From Chrysomallon squamiferum (taxonomy: Eukaryota > Animalia > Mollusca), in contig CM022673.1 in the NCBI GenBank assembly GCA_012295275.1, positions 22,568,001-22,632,000 of the forward strand: 64,000 bases of DNA, read 5' to 3'. This document shows positions 52,848-64,000 of the stretch, piece by piece (position 1 is the stretch's first letter; every line of letters begins with the position of its first letter). A model generated the notes under the pieces. That model was not told the DNA's origin, ran no database searches, and was given only the letters and a program-made list of their open reading frames with translations. The position numbers and the translations under genes were made by a program.

Positions 52848-53918
52848 TATAAGTACGAATTAAGTAATAAAACAAAACCATCTTTCTGTGTAACGAATAT
52901 AATTAGGGACCCCTTGGGTCAAAATAAAAAATAAAAATAAAAATAACAATGATAATAAAATAAAATAAACAAAACCCCACTTAAAAAAAATATAATATAA
53001 TCTCATTTTAAAATAGCATTATCATTTTATAATAAAGGGAACATTTATTTTGTTGGTCTTTGTATTTGTAAATTTAAAGAGATTTAGACTCATTTTAACA
53101 TGTTGAATTCAGTTGTCATTGAAATTATTTAAAATTGTACAGCAATGATTTCTGTTCTGATTTTTAAATCTGTATGGTTAACAATAACGTAAACAAAGTT
53201 ACATGTCTAGTTTGAAATAAATACATCTTTAATTAAAACTGTTCAGTCTTTTTCTTGTTTTTATTTTCTGTTTTTTAAGAGCAAGAATTATATCTGGTGA
53301 ATATTTTGTCAAAATTGCAATTGTTCAGAATGTACTGAAACGGTCTTCACTTAATTAAATCATGGATATATTTTAAGGTAATTAGTCATTAATAAGTATA
53401 CAATAGAATAATCTGCCACAACGGTTCGCTGGTGAAAATTAAACATGGCTCCACATTTTCATGACGGGACGTGAAACCAGTGATACTAATATCTACACGA
53501 CGAGGTCTGGATTCGGAAACCCGATCTCTGCCCCGCTGATAACAACATCAGATATCCCGGCGTCATTTATTACATCGCCGATTTCAAAAGCGATAATTTT
53601 GAGACTTTTCTTATTATCGTTCTTCACAAACTAATGTGCAGAAAACTCACTGCAACAATTTCTGTAATATTACAAAGACCTTCGTGTCATGTTGTCGAAC
53701 TGTTAAAAATAAATAAATAAATAAATAAATATAAATAAGAGAAAAAAGAAAACAAATTCAGAACCTTTAAACGTTAGCTAAAATTCTCATGTGAAAAATG
53801 AGAGTGAAAAAACTCACAAATAAACAAAACAAATTTTATTTTTTAAATTTAAAAATAAAATAAAATAATAAAATAAAATAAAATAAAATAAAATAAAAGA
53901 TAAATAATAATAATAATA

Positions 53919-54218
53919 ATGTCTTGGTTCTGTTTTGATCTTTGTTGTTGTAGGCTTTCAGTCTTGTTTATCTACCAGATGAATATTCACAAAACAGTAC
54001 TATCAGCATTACATATATTAATAAAATAAAAGAGAAACGCAAATCTGTTTCTCTGGGAGAACAGAATTTCCTTTCTTTCTGAAAAAATTTACAAAACAAT
54101 TATTAAAAATGTTTTTCAGATTCTAAGAGATATATTCATTCATTCATGAAATATAGATTATCATCATCTTAATCATCATTATTATTGTTGTTATTTTTGT
54201 TGCTGTTGTAATTCGTAA
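53919..54218. repeat. About 290-bp direct repeat, copy A
   Basis: ATGTCTTGGTTCTGTTT...TGTAATTCGTAA recurs at 55377-55661 with high identity. Confidence 0.92.
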
Positions 54219-55122
54219 AAAGTCTCTACAATGTAACTAAAGGAACAAAACAGTTATGATTAAAACATAGTTCTATTACTAGATGAAAAGAAATAAAATA
54301 AAATACATACATCATTCGCTGTCAAGAAGAATTTTGCATCATATGTTGTCGTTGAGAGTAAAGTAGCAGAAAACTCAGTGCGCGTTTATTTTAAAGCTTT
54401 ATATAATAATGTATTTTCTGTGCCAGAGGTTCTGAAACTGTTTTCTCATTAAAAGATTTACCAGCCTTGGTTGTCTCCCTTACCAAATACTAAGTTAAAA
54501 TTAGTCGAACAGAAAGTAGCAGCAGCGACTTTTTTCGTATTTATGAGTTGTAATTAGGAACCGGTGCTGAGGCGCGAACCTAGCATACACAAACTGATGA
54601 GTTAATGTTAATTTCACCTTGCTGGTGTTAAACGAGACATCACTTTAAGAGTTGAATCATTCACTGAGTGACGATATCTCTGTTTTTCATAAACACACTC
54701 ACTTCTTATATGTGTTTACATATTGCCTTTCATCGAGGTTTACCTGGTGGGCGTGGTTACTACACGTGCGGAATAGTCAATAATATGTAACTGTCATCAC
54801 TCTAGCAGTTTTTGTGAAATGAAGTATACATGGTAAAGCGTGTCTTGATGAAAATTCTGATAAATAGCAATAAATGAGATGTGGCATATTTGCCAAGTTA
54901 CTTATTCTGTTTTTATTTAACTAACTGAAAATAACGTGAACACATGAATCTGAAAACACCCATCAAGGATTAAATAAAGAGAAAAGTCCAGATAAAAAAA
55001 AATATGAATAAACAATAGTATGACCAAAGCGATTTCAAAAATATTCCGTCCAAAGATTTTATTGACGCCAGAGTCACTTGAATAAAATAATAGTTTTATT
55101 ATGTAATAATAATAACAACAAC

Positions 55123-55162
<40 letters not shown>

Positions 55163-55376
55163 TTAACAAAGGAAGAAACTGAAGAAAAGGGTGCATCCTG
55201 GGTTAGTAAAGCTGCTCTTTATTCAAGTGTCACTGGCGTCAGCAAAATCCCTAGCGGAATATTTCTCAGTCCGAATTTTATAATCTTTCTGGACATGCTA
55301 ATGTTTTATATCACTTCTGCGTGTTCACATGTGCGATGGTGGGCATAGATTTAGCTTCCATGCTTGAATTCAGGAT

Positions 55377-55661
55377 ATGTCTTGGTTCTGTTTAGATCTT
55401 TGTTGTTGTAGGCTTTCAGTCTTGTTTATCTACCAGATGAATATTCACAAAACAGTACTATCAGCATTACATATATTAATAAAATAAAAGAGAAACGCAA
55501 ATCTGTTTCTCTACGAGAACAGAATATCCTTTCTTTCTGAAAAAATTTACAAAACAATTTTTTTAAATGTTTTTCAGATTCATTCATTCATGAAATATAG
55601 ATTATCATCATCATAATCAGCATTATTATTTTGTTATATTTGTTGCTGTTGTAATTCGTAA
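55377..55661. repeat. About 290-bp direct repeat, copy B
   Basis: Matches 53919-54218 with a few substitutions and one short indel. Confidence 0.92.
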
Positions 55662-55994
55662 TAAAAATCATTCTTCTTCGAGCATTATTACGGTAAGTGA
55701 GAATGTCATCTCATCATCTTGATTCTGAGCAGCATGCAAATACAGATATTTGTGTTATTTATTTCTACTTTTTTCTTTAATGAAAAACTCTTTAAGTATG
55801 AAATTTAAAAAAAAATTAAAATATATAATATTATAGTTAGAGAAAATGAAATAAATAAAACAAGTTTTGGTAATATTTAATACAGCGGTGGTTATTACTG
55901 TTACTTTTTATGTTTTTGTTTTATTTTGTTATGTGTAGAGAGGAAGTATATATATATATATATATCAAAAAACAAAATTACATACATAAAAATA

Positions 55995-56032
<38 letters not shown>

Positions 56033-56958
56033 CGACAATTTTTATGACTGAATGCCCTTTTCTTATAGTTTTACATCATGTTTTAAATGTTTCAATGAAT
56101 GAATATAATTTTGTTATAACACACAGCTTTAATACGAAGTTGACAACACACTATGTAAGGTTTCGTCCAACACATGATTTTTTCGTTAAGATGAGTTTCC
56201 CTTGTTAAAATGAAACATTTGTGTTTATTTTTTCTGATAATATTTTCCAGCGTCTGGAATGGCTATCAAAAACAAAATCAGCCCAATCTTGTCTGGAACA
56301 AATACACAAACAAAAGAAGAAGCGAATCTTTTCAGGATGTTCGTTGTTTGATATTTAAAAACCAGACATTGGATACGTAAATAATAAACAAAACACGTGA
56401 CAAACTATACACGACAAACGTAAACATTAAACACTAGGACCAAGTATGTACGAAAACACAAAAAAAATGTAGTCAAAAATATTTGCCGAAATATACTTAT
56501 TTAACTAAGAATTAAACAATGAATAAACATGTACTGAAATGTTAATACTACAGATAAATGAAATAATACTATTCAAAAAGGAAATGTCGGGAGGTAAATG
56601 TTTAACCCTGGATGAGGACTGGTTTTTTTTGTGTTGCACTGTTAATGTAAAAGCGCCTATCGTCCTACATGCCACTTATATAATGATTTTATTGGTTAAT
56701 CGTCACCTCTTGTAATTAATAGTGCATACAAGTTCCGCACTGACGGAACATCGTTCCACATTCAGGACTAAATTTTGTCATCTCCAAAGCATATGTGAAC
56801 TTTGATTAATATTAAAATGCCAAATTTTAGATAACATTAATTTCATATGGTGATTATATGTATGTATGTATATGTATATGTGTGCTTGCGTGTAAATGTA
56901 TGTGTATGTGTTTCTGTCTGTAGGTATGTATGTATGTGTATGTGTGTGAATATGTGTT

Positions 56959-57561
56959 TATGTATTTATCACTTATTAGTTATTTTTGTGAATTATTAGT
57001 CAGTTTTGTATATAATAAGTCAATAAGTTTACTGCCTTTTAAGAATTTAGAAACCGTCAAAGAAAAGGCCGCAAACACTGAAGTGAATTTGATCTAAGGA
57101 AGTTTAGGGGTTTACATGCCGTAGGTCAGGGGCACCAACCATTTTGAACATGAAAGCTACTTCATAGGTTCTGAGTCATACGAAGGGCTATCAGTTTAGT
57201 ACAGTCTTCTGAAATAACACATTTGTTCAGTTTATCTTTAGTTATTATTATTAATGATATCCATCACCAACGACTTAATGAGATTAGATACAGATAATAG
57301 CAATATTCAACCTTTAATTCTGTTGATCTGAATAACTGTTTAAATTTCAGATGATCAATTCTACAACATTTTATAAGAAAAATGTCGCATTTTCGCTAAC
57401 CACTGACAACGCCTATTAATAAATCATGAACTCTGTTGCACCATCTTTGAAAAAGTGTTGTGCTATTTTAGGAACAGGCCTGCGGGCGACTCATATGGTT
57501 CTTGGGGGCGACCTGGTTACCGTCTTGGTGATGCCTGCCGTAGGTTTTAGAGAACTTCAGT
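56959..57561. repeat. About 185-bp duplicated segment, copy A, interrupted by a hAT insertion
   Basis: Matches 60201-60385 on both sides of the insertion. Confidence 0.9.
57127..57537. mobile_element. Non-autonomous hAT (Charlie/Buster-type) element, 411 bp
   Basis: Termini CAGGGGCACCAA and TTGGTGATGCCTG; exact 8-bp TSD CCGTAGGT (57119-57126, 57538-57545) with central TA; empty site at 60362-60369. Confidence 0.92.
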
Positions 57562-58127
57562 TCGGGAATGTCACAGATATGACTAACAGATATTTGAACA
57601 ATTATGAAAGATACAAGACAGAAATACATATTAAAAAATTAAAAATTGAACATAAATAAAACAGAAAAATAAAATCAAAGCTAAAATAATAACAACAACA
57701 ACAATAACAACAACAACAACAACAACAATAATAATAACAATACGAAGAAGAAGAAGAAGAAGAAGAAGAAATTAATAAGAAAGAAAGTAATAAAAAGTGA
57801 AACCAAACAAAAAAACAATAAATTTTACTAAGCGTAAAACATTGGTGATCTATATAAAAAATGTACTGATATAAACGCAAATGTGTCAGATTAAACGTCA
57901 AAAATGTAAATAATAAGTATGTATAATTTATAAAATATGGCGAACTATGTTGAAAAAGTCGCTGATAGTTATATTTAAAATAATGAACAAATAGTGAAAA
58001 TGGATATACAATGAACATTTATTTAAAAAAATAGATATAATTTTCTAAACTAACTTTTTTACAGAATGCAATGAATAATCTTTATATCAGGGAATATTTT
58101 GTTTTACTGGAAACAGAAAGTAACCAT

Positions 58128-58256
<129 letters not shown>

Positions 58257-59063
58257 CGTAAGTGCGTTAGTTGTTACTTTAATTTTATTTTTATTAAAAT
58301 AACGGTAATGCGATTTAACTGATTAGTCATCCAGATAACGCAACACAATAGACTGAAAATCATTACTCAATTATTAGTGCTCTTTAAACTGCGTCAGACT
58401 ATAAATGATATTACATCCGGTTTATTTGACAGATGTTCTCAAAAGGCAACCAAAATGAAGTTAACTGTCAGAATTCACTATTACTACATCAGAGCCTTTA
58501 GTGTTCAGTAGGACATGTACATTTTAGATCATCGAGTTGTATTACTCTGTACTAGCTTCCCTTGTAAGCCGACCCTCAGAACTAAATTAAAGCGAAATTG
58601 CTGAGAATCCACGACTCGAAACGACCATCGGTTTGGACAGTCGCATTCACGATGAGATTTATATCTTTCTGCTTATTATATACATAGTTATTCCAAAAGT
58701 GAAATTAATTCGATTATGGCTCGCCAACTGAAATGTGAAATGGCCACCAGTAAACCTCTTTCAAGTAGTGAGCAGTGTGAAAGAAGAGAATGGAGTTGCT
58801 CTGCAAAGTACGCTTTGAGGCTAAGGGGCGTGGAACGGGCCTTCTTTGATGTGATGCGACGTCGAAATAGGGTGGAAAGATCACTGTCGTCTTTGAAAAA
58901 GTAATGGCTTCCTATAATGAGTATACCATTTTATGCTATCTTTCTGTAAAAGTTAAAAAAATGAACTAAAAATTCATTACAGGAGTTGATTAGATCTAAA
59001 AAAAATAATTTTGATTTCATTAATAGTTTAGTCCATATAATTATGTATATAATATTCCTATTT

Positions 59064-59066
<3 letters not shown>

Positions 59067-59141
<75 letters not shown>
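59067..59141. repeat. (GA)n microsatellite
   Basis: Directly visible. Confidence 0.98.
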
Positions 59142-59144
<3 letters not shown>

Positions 59145-59857
59145 AAATAATAAAAATTTGTATAATGATGATGTTGGTGAGATGTTCCCGGTCTCTAACC
59201 GAGTTAAACAGCTAACAGCTGGTTAAAAGGACATTAATTTTGAAGTCCAAATATTGTTATAATAACTAGTTTGGTATGCATAAATAATATACCAGTGATA
59301 TTTAACAATAATTATGAATTAACACATTTCTTTCTTTCTTTTCTTTTCTTTTCTTTTTTTCAGTTTGGCTAATATTTGTAACCGTGTGTGTGTACTTGTT
59401 GATGATAAACATTGGAATATTACAATTAATATTTCCAGTGAAGAAGAACTTTTCTCTCATTTTCCTCCTGTTACAAAAGATAGAGGCTGCATAAGAAAAA
59501 TAAATATTTACGGATTAAAAAGCTATTCAAAGGAGAAACGTCTGTCTTTTATTCTAAATAATTGAATGGAGGAAGGTAAAATTTGAGTTAAAAGCATTAA
59601 CTATTTTTAATGGGTTTAAAAAATGAGTAAAAAAAAGAAAACGAAAAAATAAGTAAATTAAAATGTTCTGAAATGATCCCACCTGCAAACAATAAAATTA
59701 GAACTTGAAATACTCTTCAAAATGATGTAATTTAAATGTTTTCTCGTGCGCTCAGACTCCGCCCCACACGTGCTATGATTTTTGGTATACGCCTCTTTCC
59801 GTTTGGTTAAATACGCTCATTAGGTCATTAAGTACAGATTCAAATGCTTCAGTATTT

Positions 59858-60009
59858 ATGTGTATGTATGTTTGTATGTTTATATATATGTGTGTGTGTG
59901 TGTGTGTTTGTATGTACGCATTTATATATTTATGTATGCATGTGTGCATGTGTGTGTGTGTGTATATATCTATATCTATATCTATATATATCTATATCTA
60001 TATATATCT

Positions 60010-60059
<50 letters not shown>

Positions 60060-60204
60060 ATATGTATATATGAATGTCTATGTATGTGTGTATGTATGAA
60101 TGTAGATGTATGTATATATGTGTATGTGTATGCATACGTATGCTTGTATTCATATGGATGTGTGTATGTATATGTATGCGTATGTGTGTGTATATGTGTG
60201 TATG
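59858..60204. repeat. Complex alternating purine-pyrimidine (TG/TA/TATATC) low-complexity tract
   Basis: Directly visible; explains the overlapping V/C/Y/I ORFs. Confidence 0.95.
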
Positions 60205-60385
60205 TATTTATCACTTATTAGTTATTTTTGTGAACTATTAGTCAGTTTTGTATATAATAAGTCAATAAGTTTACTGCCTTTTAAGAATCTAGAAACTGTC
60301 AAAGAAAAGGCCGCATATACTGCAGTGAATTTGATCTAAGGAAGTTTAGGGGATTTATATGCCGTAGGTTTTACAGAACTTCAGT
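60201..60385. repeat. About 185-bp duplicated segment, copy B (empty hAT target site)
   Basis: ...ATGCCGTAGGTTTTACAGAACTTCAGT carries a single CCGTAGGT. Confidence 0.9.
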
Positions 60386-61695
60386 AATGTTCAAGTAATG
60401 TTCTCCTTTTAAAAGCACTGTTTTTTTTACCTTATCGAAAGAGACATTTTTTACATGGTTAAGTCGACCTGCTCCTGTAAAGGTCGTCTGCATCCGCCGT
60501 TAAAATCGTGTTTCTGGGATAATTAAATATTTAATAAAATACTGCATTTCATTTTAAATTTTTTTTTTTTTTTATCTAAAACACTTTTCAAAATATACTT
60601 TTGTTTGATATATTCTTTTTTTAAAGAAATCTTTTCCTGTATGTTTAAAAAAGAAATCCCCCTCAAAAAAAAAAAAAAATAATAATAATAATAATAATGA
60701 AATAAAGAAATGAATAAAAAAAAAAAAGGAAAAAAAAAACATGTTATTTTATAATAATACAAATGGAAAAGAAAAAGGAAATCTAAACAAAAACAAGAAA
60801 ATAAAATAAAAATGGCGTAACAGTTTTACATGTGAAGCAAACCGGTGCTTCTCCCTAGCGGCAGAATATTTCCCATTCCCACAGAACGGCGGTATTGGGT
60901 TGGTTTATTTTGACAGGAGATACGAAGTGTATCTGATGTTTGTATCTGTGAGAGTAAACACTGTGTTTGTCTTAACTCAACAGATAACCAAACACAGCGT
61001 GCACAGCCGATACAGCGACTTACAGCTAACGAAAAATAAACGACTTTTTTCTTTATGTATTAAAGTTCCCTTTAGTGACAGTAATACGATAGCAGAAATA
61101 GTTTGTAATATTTCTTTAAAGCAGAAAATGCTTTGTTTGTTAGATTTTGGATTAACTCAGTTTCATGATTTAATATTAACAACAGATAAAAGTATTGGTC
61201 AACGCTTGTATTCATTGAGATAGATAATAATAGTTATACACAGTAATATTTATGTAACTAATCATGCATATTCTTACATAATAAAATATATTAATCATCA
61301 GAACTTAAAATTATTTATTTAAAGTGATAATAAAATTATTTACTAGAATTAACGTAGAATTTAATGCACATAAATAATAATAGTAAAACAAAACAAAATA
61401 ACAACAGTAAGGAAAACTGGAAGGATTTCTTTGAAAATGTAAATTTAAAGGAAGATGAGTAAAATAATAAAACTGAGGGGGTAGTCTGAGTAGATTCATA
61501 TTGATTGTAACATCAGATTGCTGGGTTTTAAAGTCTCCTCTGGGAAGGCGAAATGCTATATAAATACCATAAAAACTTGCAACAATTTTTTTTTTTTAAA
61601 CAACAAATACTGACTATCATTATTATAGCTTGACATTTTACCTCTCGGCGGCAAACTTTTAATGTAATTGTGTTTATAAAGATATTAGACACCTC

Positions 61696-61786
61696 TGTTT
61701 ATCATGCAGAATGTTATTTTGTATGTGTGTCGCATGAAGTTTCTGCCTTGTTTATCATACAGAATGTTATTTTGTATGTGACGCAT
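61696..61786. repeat. Short direct duplication (about 40 bp, 53-bp period)
   Basis: TGTTTATCATRCAGAATGTTATTTTGTATGTG at 61696 and 61749. Confidence 0.85.
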
Positions 61787-62516
61787 CTCCTGATTTAAAT
61801 ACAGATCGTGTTTTGTAGACAGCTTTTGACATCACCTTCTGTTTAAAGCAGAACTAAAAAATAACAAACGTTAAATGATCTGTGAATAGTATTATGACTT
61901 TATACATTATTTAATATACGTCGTCACTACCTTTTTTATAACTGTATACAAATATTTCAGAGCACACTTTTCTGTGTATTATTTCAGAAATGATACAAAT
62001 TTCTTTATAAAACACGTATCTATAAAACAATGTATAGTGATAATGGGAATGCCTCTTTAATGTAAAATATGTAATATTATATGCAAAATATAGTATGTGA
62101 GATTTTCTTTCTTATATAAATTTAACAGGCTTATACAAAACAATATGAGAAATTCTTCTTTACTAGAAGAGGCATATTATTTTCATACATGATGAGTGGA
62201 ACGAAGTCGGTTATTAATACTGTTTAATAAGGAGAAAGACAGGTCAGTTGTTGTACAATCTTTAGTACTGCATCACGTCTAATAAGAAGTGACAGTCGTT
62301 CTTTTCATTACAGTATACTGTATTATAACCAACAAACGACCAGCTAAATTTTACAGTTCAACATATACTGTGGTATATAAAATACCAAATAGTAAATAAC
62401 ATTATATGATGAAATGCATGTTTACGATAGCCTGAGAAATAATAAACTAAGATAATGATACTGTTTGACACTTCGTGCCAATAGGCATGTCGTCCTATAC
62501 TTGTTGTTTGTTTGTG

Positions 62517-62552
<36 letters not shown>

Positions 62553-62750
62553 CTTTATCAAGCAGTTGTGCTTATCTAATCTGGCTTTGAATCATGAACA
62601 GGCTCAGTACATACTCAGATAAGATTATACAACAATCAAAATACATTTCAAAATCCGTTTCACATGACACCAATCGGATTTACGGAACATTATTACGTTA
62701 CGTACTCTTTTCTATCTTTCTTTCTTTTCTTTAACCTTCTTTATTTTTCT

Positions 62751-62788
<38 letters not shown>

Positions 62789-64000
62789 AAATAATAATAA
62801 TAAATAAAAGAAAAGAAAGAAAGAAAAAACAAGAAGAAAAAATAATAATTAACGAATTTTTGAGAAGCTGAAAACATTTTTCTGAAAAAGGCCGACCGAC
62901 ACTGTTGCACAATTTCTTCCCTTTTGCAACTGAGCTTGTGGAAAATCCATTTACACGTTGATGTCAAAAGTAAATTTTCAAACAATAAACAACTCATTCA
63001 TAAAACATATTTCACTCATGTACTAACACTTTTACTGCGGGTTGCGATTGTGTAATGGCTTTAGCAGGCTTGCTTGTTATTTATTTCTTTGCCGCAGTGT
63101 AAGGTTTATGGCTTGCCCTCAGAGAGACTAAGCAAAAGAAAAAAAAATGGATATTTACCGCTTCACTTATCGGTGCAACATAATCAAAACAAAAAGTCCA
63201 TGTTCTTTGATATGGTCAATTGTGTTCTCATTACAAACACGTAGGGAGGCGAAGTCAGACGTTTTGCAGCATCGAGAATAGAGAAGTATATTTGTTTAAC
63301 GCCACCTAGCGTTTTGTACACATTATTAACACATCAGTAATTATAGATATTCGTGTAAGACCTTGCAGATGTAGTAAATGGATTATAACACGAGGTTTTA
63401 ATAAGCTAATAGCAGTAAGTGTACCTGTTACTTCATGTAACAGTGTACAACAATCCACATATTTATGATGTAACAGAGAAACACTAGGCATAATAATTTA
63501 TTTATTAAAGAGAAAACGGAGTAAGGTAACTTTAAAAACAAAATTAAAACATAATAATAATAATATTAATAATAATAATAATGATGATGATGATGTGATT
63601 GATAATAACAATAATAATTGTTAATGAACTTTAATTCTTGCAGTAAGTAGATATTTATTTGGAAATAAGACATTATTCCAGAGGTTGGTTTCAACAAGTA
63701 AATAATAATTAGAAATCTGTCCAATAATAATATTTTATAAAACACTATTATAATAATTTAAAAATTTAATAGTCCTTTAAAATAACATTATATAAAAAAC
63801 AAAACAAAAAACATTCAAATATATATATAATAAAAAATTAACCTGAAAAAATATGAATACCTGTTAAAAAGTTGTAACTGTTATCAGAAGTAATTCTTTT
63901 ATTTACTTATTTATTGTTCTTCTTGTTCTTGCTCTTAGTTGTTGTTTTTTTGTTTAAAAACATTTGATTAAAAAAATAATTTAAATTAACCTTAAAGAGT

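Noticed and set aside
58716-58904. 62-aa ORF in a CpG-rich patch, with TGGCCACCAG as a partial CTCF match
   Set aside because: No homology recognised and the CTCF core breaks after AG. More likely non-coding.
59844-60339. Overlapping 60-125 aa ORFs, and similar poly-L, ER, HT and YI ORFs across the window
   Set aside because: They are translations of microsatellites that lack stop codons.

Overview
AT-rich, microsatellite-rich animal genomic DNA, probably a lophotrochozoan such as a mollusc (inferred from the twist protein and the repeat style). It is not prokaryotic, and no CRISPR array, rRNA or tRNA was seen. There are two + strand genes. (1) An MRL-family adaptor (Lamellipodin/RAPH1, RIAM/APBB1IP, pico, MIG-10 type). 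Ten GT-AG coding exons from 1173 to 28013 splice in frame (3777 nt, about 1258 aa visible) into a coiled-coil, RA, PH and long Pro-rich tail; the 5' end probably lies upstream of the window. (2) A twist gene with an uninterrupted CDS (50619-51182; bHLH plus WR motif) in about 30 kb of CpG-retaining non-coding DNA. The MRL introns hold several DNA transposon relics: a 2.56-kb Sola2-like element with about 450-bp TIRs, two inverted copies of an 8-bp-TSD element bracketing exon 2 (one with a complex 532-bp triplication and fold-back), and Tc1/pogo-type MITEs. Downstream of twist is a hAT insertion whose empty site survives in a nearby duplicate. I found no clearly new protein-coding system. The best leads are structural or regulatory: a circRNA-type inverted-repeat layout, an aberrant transposon-end rearrangement, a sharp CpG boundary, candidate twist cis-elements and a possible short MRL isoform. 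Most short ORFs in the supplied track are microsatellite or antisense artefacts.
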